Source of the DNA: Candidatus Dormiibacterota bacterium
GTDB taxonomy: Bacteria; Chloroflexota; Dormibacteria; Aeolococcales; Aeolococcaceae
NCBI GenBank assembly: GCA_963709585.1
Contig: CAVPXI010000007.1
Coordinates: 32,001 to 96,000 of the forward strand
Reading direction: 5' to 3'
DNA length: 64,000 bases
The position numbers and the translations under genes are program-made. The notes beneath the pieces are model-generated. The model did not search any database. It saw only the letters and a list, made by a program, of their open reading frames with translations, and had not been told where the DNA came from. Of the stretch, positions 50,577 through 59,856 are shown piece by piece (positions within the stretch are counted from its first letter, which is position 1; each line of letters opens with the position of its first letter).

Positions 50577-52139
50577 GTGGCCACGACCGCGAATCCGACC
50601 GACGCCCTCCTGTCCGTCGACGTGGGCACGTCAGGTGCTCGCGCGACCGCGTACGACACCGCGGGGGCGATGCTCCTCGAGGTCCGCCGCAGCTACCCGA
50701 CGCGCACACCGCGCGAAGGATGGGCGGAGCAGGATGCGAACAGCTGGCGTTCGTCATCGCTCTCCGCCCTGGGCGCGCTCATCAAACAACTGGGGAGCGG
50801 GCACACGATCCACGCGATCGGGTTGACCGGGCAGTGCCCGTCTGTGGTTCCCATCGATGGCCACGGGGAACCGCTCCGGCCGGGTCTCATCTACCGGGAC
50901 AACCGCGCCGTCGCGGAAGCGGCGTGGCTGCGAGAAACATTCGGCGCCGAAGCGCTGCACACGTTGACCGGACACGTACCGGCCGCGTTTCACGTCGCAG
51001 CCAAGATCCTCTGGATCCGCGCCGAGGAGCCGGACGTCTTCAAGTCGGCGCGCCTCTTTCTGCAGCCGACGGAGCTTCTCGCGTTGACCCTCACCGGCGA
51101 GGCGGTAACCGACTGGACCATGGCGGCGTCGAGCGCGCTGCTGAACCTCCGAGAGCGCCGATGGGCACCCGCCCTCGTGGCCGCGGTGGGTCTCGACCCG
51201 GCGCAACTGCCGGTCCCCCAGCCGTCCTGGAGCATCGTCGGCGAGTTGCGCCCGTCGCTGGTCCGGCGCTTCGGGCTGGGCGCGACGATTCCGATCGTCG
51301 CCGGCGGCGGTGACAGCATCGCCTGCGCCTTCGGGGCCGGCGTAACCACGCCCGGACCGGTGAGCGAGATGGCCGGCAGCTCGACCTGCCTCAACACGGT
51401 CGTGAGCGAGCCGACCCGTGACCTGGCGGTGACTCACTACCCGAGCGCCGTCGGCCCCGATGGCTACGTCACCGAGGTGGGGATCAACACCGCGGGCGAA
51501 GCGGTGGATTGGCTCGCCTCGCTGACCTACGGCGGCCGATCCGGCCGGCTGCGAGCCGCCGACTTCGACCGGCTCGACCGCGAGGCAGCCGAGGTCGCCC
51601 CCGGGTCGGACGGTCTGCTCTTCGTGGCGGTCCTCGGGGACGGCGAGCGTGACGATCCGGAACTCCGCGGCGGCGCGATCGGCCTGTCGGTCCGGCACGA
51701 CCGTCGATCACTGGCACGAGCTGCGCTGGAGGGCGTCGCCTTCGCGATTCGAGCGCACGTGGAGCGCCTCGGAAACGCGAGCACGCCCGCAACCGAGATG
51801 CGCGTCTCCGGGCGCGCAGCCTCCCTGCGGACGTGGAATCACATCAAGGCCGACGTGCTCGGCATCCCGGTGCTGCGCATCCCCGGCGACGCGACCACCG
51901 CCGGCGTCGCGATGCTCGCCGGGCTCGGAATCGGCGTCTATCCGAACGCGGAGTCGGCGATCGCGACCGCCTGCCGCCCCGATGCGCCCATCGAGCCAGA
52001 TCTTGCCAATCACGACAGATACGCGGCTGTCTACGAACGCTACCGAGCAGTGGTCGCATCCACCGCGCTTCACCCCGGCGCCGCGGCGGTGGGCGCCGAC
52101 GACAGGCCGTCGCGGCCGTATCCGGAAGAGCGCGCATGA
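50577..52139 (+). CDS. FGGY carbohydrate kinase (xylulokinase-like)
   Basis: VDVGTSG, GWAEQD, DNRA, GGGD and ALEGVAF. Confidence 0.9.
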   Translation: MATTANPTDALLSVDVGTSGARATAYDTAGAMLLEVRRSYPTRTPREGWAEQDANSWRSSSLSALGALIKQLGSGHTIHAIGLTGQCPSVVPIDGHGEPLRPGLIYRDNRAVAEAAWLRETFGAEALHTLTGHVPAAFHVAAKILWIRAEEPDVFKSARLFLQPTELLALTLTGEAVTDWTMAASSALLNLRERRWAPALVAAVGLDPAQLPVPQPSWSIVGELRPSLVRRFGLGATIPIVAGGGDSIACAFGAGVTTPGPVSEMAGSSTCLNTVVSEPTRDLAVTHYPSAVGPDGYVTEVGINTAGEAVDWLASLTYGGRSGRLRAADFDRLDREAAEVAPGSDGLLFVAVLGDGERDDPELRGGAIGLSVRHDRRSLARAALEGVAFAIRAHVERLGNASTPATEMRVSGRAASLRTWNHIKADVLGIPVLRIPGDATTAGVAMLAGLGIGVYPNAESAIATACRPDAPIEPDLANHDRYAAVYERYRAVVASTALHPGAAAVGADDRPSRPYPEERA

Positions 52140-53053
52140 GGGTCAACCTCGGCATCAACAACTGCTTCGCCCTGAAACGCTGGCCGCGCCCCGCTGACTG
52201 GGCGTCGGTCGTTCGCAATGACCTCGGGTTGGATCTCGTCGAGCTGTCACTCGACCTCATCGAGGGCATCGAGACCTTCGCCGGCGGCCGAGATGCCGTC
52301 GAACGTCACCGCGCTGCTCTCGACGCCAACCGGCTGGCGGCCCACGCCACCTTCACCGGCTTGTCGGCGTACTCGCTCGACCTCCTCATGCACCCCGACC
52401 AGGGGCGGCGTGAAGCGGCGCTGCAGTGGTACCGCGGCATCATCGATCTCACCGCGGCGCTGGGAGCCCGGGCCACCGGGGGGCACGTCGGAGCGATGAG
52501 CGTCCCGGACTGGAGTATTCCCGAGCGCCGAGCCGAACGCTGGGACGGTCTGAAGCGGGACCTCGAGACCATCGCCGCTCATGCAACCGCGGTGGGGCTC
52601 GAATACCTCCTCGTCGAAAATCTGGTGGCAGTGCGCGAGCCGTCGACGATGGCGCAGGTCGAGGATCTGCTCACCGACGGCGATCGCGAGCACGCCCCGT
52701 GGCGGCTCTGCCTCGACGTCGGCCACCAGTGCGTGCCCGGAACCGAAGGCGCCGAGCGCGATCCATACGCCTGGCTGCAGCACTTCGGGAGCCGGCTCGT
52801 GGAGGTGCAGTTGCAGCAGTCGGACGGGATCGCCGATCACCACTGGGCTTTCACCGCGGAGCACAACGCCACCGGGCGCATCGACCCGGCACGAGTCCTC
52901 GAGACCCTGGAAACCGCCGGCGCCGGGACCGTCGACCTGATCTTCGAGATCATTCCCGGTTGGGAGGATCCTGACGATCGGGTCATAGCAGACCTGCTTT
53001 CCTCGGTCGATCAGTGGCGCGGAGCGATCAACGCTCGCGGCCTCGGGGGTTAG
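52136..53053 (+). CDS. Sugar-phosphate epimerase/isomerase (AP_endonuc_2 barrel, EryC-like)
   Basis: LGINNCFALKRWP, VEN, CLDVGH, QQSDG..DHHW and FEII. Confidence 0.7.
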   Translation: MRVNLGINNCFALKRWPRPADWASVVRNDLGLDLVELSLDLIEGIETFAGGRDAVERHRAALDANRLAAHATFTGLSAYSLDLLMHPDQGRREAALQWYRGIIDLTAALGARATGGHVGAMSVPDWSIPERRAERWDGLKRDLETIAAHATAVGLEYLLVENLVAVREPSTMAQVEDLLTDGDREHAPWRLCLDVGHQCVPGTEGAERDPYAWLQHFGSRLVEVQLQQSDGIADHHWAFTAEHNATGRIDPARVLETLETAGAGTVDLIFEIIPGWEDPDDRVIADLLSSVDQWRGAINARGLGG

Positions 53054-53057
53054 GCGG

Positions 53058-53867
53058 ATGCCCCTCGTCCACGCCAACGGCCTCGACATCCACTACCGCA
53101 TCAGCGGGGAGAGTTCCGAGACCGTCGTGCTCGTCAACGGCGTGGGTGACGACCTCGAGTGCTGGACGATGCAGGTCGCTCCCCTCGTGGCCGCAGGTCT
53201 ACGCGTGATCACCTTCGACAACCGCGGTGTCGGGCGCACGTCGCTGCCGCCCGGCCCGTACTCGAGCCGCGAGATGGCCGCGGACACCAAGGCTCTCGCC
53301 GACGCGCTCGGGCTGGCGTCCTTCCACCTGGTCGGCGTCTCCCTCGGCGGCCTGATCGCCCAGGAATATGCACTGTCCTACCCCTCGGATCTCCGCTCGG
53401 TCGTGCTCGCGAACGCCTACGCCCGGCCCGACGCCTATACGCGGGCTGCCTTCGACGCCTGGAGGCAGATCGCCGAAGCCGGCGGGATGCCGTTGATGAT
53501 GCGCCAGCAGGCCCCCTGGGTTTTCAGCCCAGCCTTCTTCGAGGCACAGCCCGAGCGGCTCGCGACCATCGTCGCCGAGGCGGAGCAGAGCACCCAGCCG
53601 GCCGGGTCGTTTTCGGCGCAGATCGCCGCGCTCGCCACCCACGACTGCGCGGACCGTCTCGGTGCGCTGCACACCCCGGCGCTGGTGATCGCAGCCGACG
53701 ACGACATCGTCATCCGGCTGTCGCTCTCCCACCGTTTGTTCGAGGAACTGCCGCGCGGGTCCTGGGCAATCGTCCCCGGAGGACATGCGGCTTTCGTGGA
53801 GAATCCCGACCCGTGGAATCAAGCCGTCATTGCATTCATTGATCGGCACCGCGCAACGGTGCACTGA
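53058..53867 (+). CDS. Alpha/beta hydrolase
   Basis: FDNRGVG, GVSLGG and GGH. Confidence 0.85.
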   Translation: MPLVHANGLDIHYRISGESSETVVLVNGVGDDLECWTMQVAPLVAAGLRVITFDNRGVGRTSLPPGPYSSREMAADTKALADALGLASFHLVGVSLGGLIAQEYALSYPSDLRSVVLANAYARPDAYTRAAFDAWRQIAEAGGMPLMMRQQAPWVFSPAFFEAQPERLATIVAEAEQSTQPAGSFSAQIAALATHDCADRLGALHTPALVIAADDDIVIRLSLSHRLFEELPRGSWAIVPGGHAAFVENPDPWNQAVIAFIDRHRATVH

Positions 53868-53876
53868 GGAGATGGG

Positions 53877-54692
53877 ATGAACCTGTCGCTGGCCCAGCGA
53901 TTCGGAACCCCGAAGCCGGTGATCGCGATGCTCCACTTCCCGGGGCTGCCCGGGCGGCCGCGTCACAACCGCGAGCTCGGAAGGAGCCACCTCGTCGAAG
54001 TGGTCGGCCGCGACCTCGAGACCCTCCAGGGGGCCGGCGTCGACGGCGTGCTCTTCTGCAATGAGAACGACATCCCCTATCAGCTGGTGGTCGGGCCGGA
54101 GATTCCCGCGGCGATGGCCGCGGTGATCGGCGAGCTGCGTGCGTCGGTGCGCGTCCCCTTCGGGGTCAACATCCTCTGGGACGCGAAGTCGAGCCTCGCG
54201 CTTGCTCGAGCCACGGGGGCGTCCTTCGTTCGAGAAGTCCTCACCGGCGTGTACGAGAGTGACCTCGGGGTCATCGCACCCGCCATCGGAGATCTCGCCG
54301 GCTATCGCACCGCGATCGGAGCCGATGACGTCGCCTTCTTCGACAACATCTCGCCGGAGTTCAGCAGCGCCCTGGGCACCCGTGGCATCGGCGATCGCGC
54401 CCGTAGCGCCGCGTTCCTCGGGGTGGACGCGATCCTCATCTCCGGGCCGGCGGCCGGGGTTTCGTTCACGATGAGCGACCTGAGAACCGCCAAGGACGCG
54501 GTGCCCGACATGCCGGTCTTCGCGAACACCGGCGTCAACGCGGAACGGCTCGACGAGATCCTCGCCGTCGCCGACGGGGTCATCGTGGGCACGAGCCTGA
54601 AGGTCAACGGCGACACATGGAGCCGGGTCGATCCAGCACGCGCGGAGCGCCTCATGGACGCCGCTCGCGCGATACGCTCGAAGGGATCCTGA
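53877..54692 (+). CDS. BtpA/SgcQ family protein (copy 2)
   Basis: KPVIAMLHFPGLPG, FCNENDIPY, ANTGV and VGTSLK; clear paralog of copy 1. Confidence 0.88.
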   Translation: MNLSLAQRFGTPKPVIAMLHFPGLPGRPRHNRELGRSHLVEVVGRDLETLQGAGVDGVLFCNENDIPYQLVVGPEIPAAMAAVIGELRASVRVPFGVNILWDAKSSLALARATGASFVREVLTGVYESDLGVIAPAIGDLAGYRTAIGADDVAFFDNISPEFSSALGTRGIGDRARSAAFLGVDAILISGPAAGVSFTMSDLRTAKDAVPDMPVFANTGVNAERLDEILAVADGVIVGTSLKVNGDTWSRVDPARAERLMDAARAIRSKGS

Positions 54693-54741
54693 GCAGACGA
54701 CGTCGCGATGGTCCAATCCATGAGATGAGGAGCGTGTGAGG

Positions 54742-56442
54742 ATGGAATTCAGAGCCGCCCGCGACTTCCTGCTCTCGCATCGGGGGGATTACGAGACGGC
54801 CTACGCCGGCTTTCAATGGCCGCACCCCGAGACCTTCAACTGGGCTCTCGACTGGTTCGACGCCATCGCCGCCGGCAACGACCGGCCGGCGCTCTGGATC
54901 GTCGATGACGACGACACCGAGACACGGCTGTCGTTCGCCGAGCTGACCGCCCGCTCCAACGCTCTCGCCACATGGCTGCGCGACCAGGGCGTGCGTCGCG
55001 GCGACCGAACCCTGCTCATGCTCGGCAACCGCGCCGCGCTGTGGGAGTGCATCCTCGCGCTGACCAAACTGGGCGCGGTGATGATTCCATCGACCACCCT
55101 GCTCACCCCGTCCGACATCGCCGATCGGGTCGAGCGCGGCCACGTCGCGCACGTCATCGTCGAGTCCGCGCAGACGGGTCACTTCGCGCAGATCACCGGC
55201 GCGTTCACCCGTATCGCCGTGGGTGAGGCGGTCGATGGATGGCTCCGGTACGACGATTTCAAGACCGGCGAGAGCGGGTTCACGCCCGACGGGCCGACAC
55301 CGGCGAGCGATCCGCTCTTCCTGTACTTCACGTCCGGGACGACGGCGCAGCCGAAGCTGGTCGAGCACACCCATGTGAGCTATCCGGTGGGCCATCTCTC
55401 GACGATGTACTGGCTCGGTCTGCAGCCCGGCGATGTGCACCTCAACATCTCGTCACCGGGCTGGGCGAAGCACGCGTGGAGCAACGTCTTCGCGCCGTGG
55501 AATGCCGAGGCGACCGTCCTGATCCTCAACTCCGCGCGCTTTTCCGCGCGACGCCTGCTCGAGACGCTGACGCGATGCTCGGTGACGAGCCTGTGCGCTC
55601 CCCCGACGGTCTGGCGGATGGTCATCCAGGAGGACCTCCAGGCCTGGCACCCGCCGCTGCGCGAAGTGCTCAGCGCCGGCGAGCCGCTCAACCCGGAGGT
55701 CATCGAGCAGGTACGACGAGCATGGGACCTCATCATTCGCGACGGGTACGGTCAGACCGAGACCACCGCACAGATCGCCAACACGACGGGACAGCCGGTC
55801 AAGCCGGGCTCGATGGGCCGGCCGCTCCCCGGGTATGTGATCGATCTCATCGATCCGGCGAGCGGCGCCCACGGTGCGACCGGTGAGATCTGCATCGATC
55901 TCGCACGCCGACCGCTGGCGCTGATGGTCGGGTATCGCGACGACAGCGAGCACACCGCCGAAGTGATGCGCGACGGCTTCTATCACACCGGGGACGTCGC
56001 ATCCCGCGACGGCGACGGGTACATCACCTACGTCGGCCGGTCCGACGACGTCTTCAAGTCGTCGGACTATCGCATCTCCCCGTTCGAGCTCGAGAGCGTG
56101 CTCATCGAGCATCCGGCGGTGGCAGAAGCAGCCGTGGTGCCGTCACCGGATCCTGTGCGTCTTTCGGTTCCGAAGGCATTCATCGCCGTCGGCGGCGGGT
56201 ACGTTGCGTCGGAGGAGGTCGCACGCTCGATCTTCGAGCATTCACAGGCCAACCTTGCCGCCTACAAGCGCATCCGACGGCTGGAGTTCGCAGAGCTGCC
56301 CAAGACCATCTCAGGGAAGATCCGCCGCGTCGATCTGCGCGCGAAGGAGCTTACGCTGCGTAAGCAGACGGAGCGCGCACGCGCAGAGAACGAGTACTGG
56401 GAAGAGGATTTTCCCGATCTGCGAACGGCGCCGACGCGCTGA
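54742..56442 (+). CDS. Short/medium-chain acyl-CoA synthetase
   Basis: YFTSGTTAQPK, DGYGQTE, GRSDDVFK and LPKTISGKIRR. Confidence 0.9.
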   Translation: MEFRAARDFLLSHRGDYETAYAGFQWPHPETFNWALDWFDAIAAGNDRPALWIVDDDDTETRLSFAELTARSNALATWLRDQGVRRGDRTLLMLGNRAALWECILALTKLGAVMIPSTTLLTPSDIADRVERGHVAHVIVESAQTGHFAQITGAFTRIAVGEAVDGWLRYDDFKTGESGFTPDGPTPASDPLFLYFTSGTTAQPKLVEHTHVSYPVGHLSTMYWLGLQPGDVHLNISSPGWAKHAWSNVFAPWNAEATVLILNSARFSARRLLETLTRCSVTSLCAPPTVWRMVIQEDLQAWHPPLREVLSAGEPLNPEVIEQVRRAWDLIIRDGYGQTETTAQIANTTGQPVKPGSMGRPLPGYVIDLIDPASGAHGATGEICIDLARRPLALMVGYRDDSEHTAEVMRDGFYHTGDVASRDGDGYITYVGRSDDVFKSSDYRISPFELESVLIEHPAVAEAAVVPSPDPVRLSVPKAFIAVGGGYVASEEVARSIFEHSQANLAAYKRIRRLEFAELPKTISGKIRRVDLRAKELTLRKQTERARAENEYWEEDFPDLRTAPTR

Positions 56443-56471
56443 TCCGATGCTGGATCGGGCGGATACGCAGG

Positions 56472-56930
56472 TCAGACGTAGAAGCGATACAGCCCCTGTG
56501 CGATGCAGCACGGCTTCTCGGCACCTTCACGCTCGATCACGAAGTCCACAACAATCTGCAGACTGCCGTCGGTGACGGTCTCGACCGACACGAGCGTCGC
56601 GCCGGTGCGGATCAGCGAGCCAACCGGAACCGGGGAAACAAACCGCACCTTGTTCAACCCGTAGTTGATGCCCAGGCGCACGCCCTCGAAATGCAGGATC
56701 TCGCTCCACATCGGGACGAGCAACGAAAGCGTGAGGAATCCATGCGCGATGGTGGTGCCGAACGGTCCCGCCGCCGCGCGCTCCGCGTCGACATGAATCC
56801 ACTGATGGTCGTCGGTCGCGTCGGCGAATGCGTTGATCTGCTCCTGGGTGATCTCGCGCCACTCGCAATACCCGAGGTGTTTGCCGGTCAGGGCCGTCAA
56901 CTCGGCGACGCTCGCGACGGTCGTGGTCAC
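56472..56930 (-). CDS. MaoC-family dehydratase
   Basis: FADATDDHQWIHVD, IAHGFLTLS and NYGLNKVRF. Confidence 0.9.
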   Translation of the reverse strand: MTTTVASVAELTALTGKHLGYCEWREITQEQINAFADATDDHQWIHVDAERAAAGPFGTTIAHGFLTLSLLVPMWSEILHFEGVRLGINYGLNKVRFVSPVPVGSLIRTGATLVSVETVTDGSLQIVVDFVIEREGAEKPCCIAQGLYRFYV

Positions 56931-56966
56931 GGTGTTCTCCTCAGTCCCAACTCGTTCTGGCATGCG

Positions 56967-57371
56967 TCAGTCGCGCGTCAGGATGACCACCGGAATCTCC
57001 CGCTCGGTGCGCTGCTGGTATTGATCGTAGTCCGGCCAGACCGCGGTCATCGTCTTCCACAGCTCCGGTTTCTCCTCGGCCGTCGCCGTCCGCGCGTGGG
57101 CGGCAAAGCGATCTGCCTTGACCTGGACCTGAACTTCGGGGTCTGCCGCCAGGTTCACGTACCACGCGGGTGGTGCGGGAGCTCCGCCCTTGGAGCCGAC
57201 GACCAGGTAGTCGTCACCGTGACGTCCGAAGATGAGCGCATTGCTGCGCATCGCACCGGACTTGCGCCCCTTGGTGGTGAGGATCAGGATCTCGACGCCG
57301 TCGCGCCAGCTGTACCCTTCTTCGCCGTTGGTCTCGACATATCGATCGACGTGCTCTCTGCCGTACAGCAT
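56967..57371 (-). CDS. Deazaflavin (F420)-dependent nitroreductase, Ddn family
   Basis: LTTKGRKSG, SKGG..P.WYVNL and YQQRTEREIPVV. Confidence 0.9.
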   Translation of the reverse strand: MLYGREHVDRYVETNGEEGYSWRDGVEILILTTKGRKSGAMRSNALIFGRHGDDYLVVGSKGGAPAPPAWYVNLAADPEVQVQVKADRFAAHARTATAEEKPELWKTMTAVWPDYDQYQQRTEREIPVVILTRD

Positions 57372-57492
57372 CCATGATCTCCAGAGGTGCGATTGTCTCC
57401 GACGCCGGGAAGCGCTCCTTCGAGTGTAATTTACCGGTGCACTTCGAAGACCCGCGGTCCTCGCGACCCCGCGCGACCAGGTCCGTCTGAGC

Positions 57493-58509
57493 ATGGGAGC
57501 GAGAACCGGCGGTCTCATCGGGCGGATGGGGCCCTTGGCGGTGGCCATCGCCGCCGCGATGTGGGCGACCGATCCCTACTTCCGCCCCGCGCTGACGAAA
57601 CAACTGACGGCGAGCCAGATCGTGTTCGTCGAGTCACTGCTCATCGCGCTGTGCTTCCTTCCCGTTGCCGGGCGGGTCCGCCGAGAGTTGCGCCATCTCC
57701 CCCTCCGCCAGTGGATCGCCATGGGCATCATCGCGCTCGGCGCGCAGGCCTTCGCGACAGTGCTCTTCACCCAGGCGCTGAGCTATGCATTCCCCGCGCG
57801 CGCCGCTCCGGATTTCAACGTCGAGAACGAGGTTTATCTCCTCTACATGCTGCAGCCGGTGTTCGGCATCGCCATGGCGCGCATCTTCCTCAAGGAGCGG
57901 CGCAAGCCATACTTCTGGCCCCTGGCGGCCTGCGCGATGGTGGGGGTCTATCTGATCGTGTTTCCGCAGAACCCGCTGGCTCCGTTCTCCTCGGTGCAGC
58001 ATGGTCAATTGCTCGCTGCGGTATTGATTCTCGGCGCCGTTATCCTCTGGGCCTCGGGGACGGTGTTCGGGCGCTACAGCCTCTCCAACGTCTCGTTCGT
58101 CACCACCGCGGCGATGCGTTTTACGCTCGCTCTGCCGGTGCTGCTCGTGCTCATGCTCACCGGGGTCGGCGGGGGGCACCTGGGCGCGTTCACAGTGCAA
58201 CAGATCCCCGGGTTCATCGGAATCGCGCTTATCCCGGGGCTGCTGGCGATGCTGCTGTACTACCGCGCGCTCGCGAGCACCCCTGCATCCATGGCCTCGA
58301 TCGCCGAGCTGGGCTACCCGTGCACCCTTTTTCTGGTCTTCTCGCTGCCGGCTCCAGTCGGACTCGGCCTCCGGCTGTACGGGATCGAGATCGTCGGCGC
58401 GCTGGTGCTCATCGCGGTGGTCACGACGCTGAACCTGCTCAAGGATCGCGACGTCGTCGAGACGCCACGCCGCACCGACGTGACCCTGGCCGCTGAAGGG
58501 AGCCGGTAG
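57493..58509 (+). CDS. EamA/DMT family transporter
   Basis: About 10 TMs in two repeats; LQPVF and SIAELGYP. Confidence 0.8.
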   Translation: MGARTGGLIGRMGPLAVAIAAAMWATDPYFRPALTKQLTASQIVFVESLLIALCFLPVAGRVRRELRHLPLRQWIAMGIIALGAQAFATVLFTQALSYAFPARAAPDFNVENEVYLLYMLQPVFGIAMARIFLKERRKPYFWPLAACAMVGVYLIVFPQNPLAPFSSVQHGQLLAAVLILGAVILWASGTVFGRYSLSNVSFVTTAAMRFTLALPVLLVLMLTGVGGGHLGAFTVQQIPGFIGIALIPGLLAMLLYYRALASTPASMASIAELGYPCTLFLVFSLPAPVGLGLRLYGIEIVGALVLIAVVTTLNLLKDRDVVETPRRTDVTLAAEGSR

Positions 58510-58515
58510 CACCCG

Positions 58516-59121
58516 ATGCCACCGTCGTTCTGGATCGTCGTGCTGATCAAGGACTTCACGACCGCGAAGAGCCGGCTGGCACCGGTCCTGGGGCCTGTGC
58601 CCCGTCGCCGGCTGGCCGAGATGACCGCGGCGCGTGCGCTGGATGCGGCACGGGCGCTGGCACCGACGCTCGCCGTCTGCGGATCGGAGGAAGCCGCCGG
58701 CCTCGCCCGCCTCCGGGGCGCGGCCCTCGTCGTGGAGCCCTCGCCGAGCGGGCAGAACCAGGCGGCCACGCGCGGTCTCGTCGAGGTCATGCAGCGCGGC
58801 GCGGCGGCGGCGCTGCTCCTGAGCTCTGATCTTCCGCTCGTCGACGAAGCAGCGCTGCGCCGGCTCCTGGCTCACACGGACGCTCCCGGAGGCCTCGTGG
58901 TCGCCGCTCCGGCGGACGGCCGCCAGGGGACGAACGCGCTCTATCTGCGCCCGCCCGGCGACTTCTCCCTTCACTTCGGAGCAGCCTCGCTGCCGAAGTT
59001 CGCTGAGGAAGCCCGGCTGCGCGGCCGTAGGTTCATCGTCCACGATGACCCACGCCTCGCGCTCGATCTTGACGAACCGTCAGACCTCTCAGCATGGCGC
59101 CGGCTCGAGCCGACTGGGTGA
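58516..59121 (+). CDS. cofC: 2-phospho-L-lactate/PEP guanylyltransferase
   Basis: AKSRLA, SDLPL, GTNAL, FG..S and LDLDEPSDL. Confidence 0.9.
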   Translation: MPPSFWIVVLIKDFTTAKSRLAPVLGPVPRRRLAEMTAARALDAARALAPTLAVCGSEEAAGLARLRGAALVVEPSPSGQNQAATRGLVEVMQRGAAAALLLSSDLPLVDEAALRRLLAHTDAPGGLVVAAPADGRQGTNALYLRPPGDFSLHFGAASLPKFAEEARLRGRRFIVHDDPRLALDLDEPSDLSAWRRLEPTG

Positions 59122-59856
59122 ACCTCGAGCTGCGCGGCGTCGAAGGACTCCCCGAGATCCGCCCCGGCGACGACCTTGCGGCGCTCATCGTCCAGAATTC
59201 CGGGCCAATCCGTGGCGGCGATGTCGTCGTCGTGGCCCAGAAGGTGGTCTCCAAAGCGGAAGGCCGGATTCGCAGCCTCGCGGATGTCACGCCATCGGAG
59301 CGCGCGATCGCACTCGCGCGTAAGCTCGACGCGGATCCCCGCATGGTCCAGGTGATCCTCGACGAGACCACCAGTGTGGTGCGCGACGACCGCGTGCTGA
59401 TCGTCGAGACCCACCAGGGATTCGTCTGCGCCAACGCGGGCGTCGACCGGTCGAACGTCGACGGGGAGGACGACGTCTCCCTGCTTCCCGTCGATTGCGA
59501 CGCCAGCGCGCGTGCGCTTCGTGATCGGATCCACGCGCTGGCAGGCGTGCACGCCGGGGTGATCGTCAGCGACACCTTCGGGCGCGCGTGGCGGATGGGG
59601 CTTGTCAACGTGGCGCTCGGCGTCGCGGGGATACCGGCGATGATCGACTACCGCGGCCGGCCGGACGACTTCGGGATGCCGTTGCAGGCGACGCTGGTGG
59701 CGATCGCCGACGAGCTGGCGGCCGCCGCCGAGCTGCTGATGGGCAAGAACTCGACGCGTTCCCGCGGTCATCGTGCACGGACTCGATGAGCTCGACGCGG
59801 CGCCGGGCACCGGTCAGGAGTTGGTGCGCCCAACTGAGCTGGACCTCTTCCGGTGA
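59118..59856 (+). CDS. cofE: Coenzyme F420-0:L-glutamate ligase (apparent frameshift near 59749)
   Basis: QKVVSKAEGR, ANAGVDRSN and DTFGRAWR; C-terminus VPAVIVHG..DLFR lies in the shifted frame. Confidence 0.88.

Noticed and set aside
8276-59752. Mass pseudogenisation or programmed ribosomal frameshifting as the cause of split genes
   Set aside because: The indels are single-base, motif-specific and in both orientations, with no nonsense mutations or slippery heptamers; a sequencing artefact is more parsimonious.
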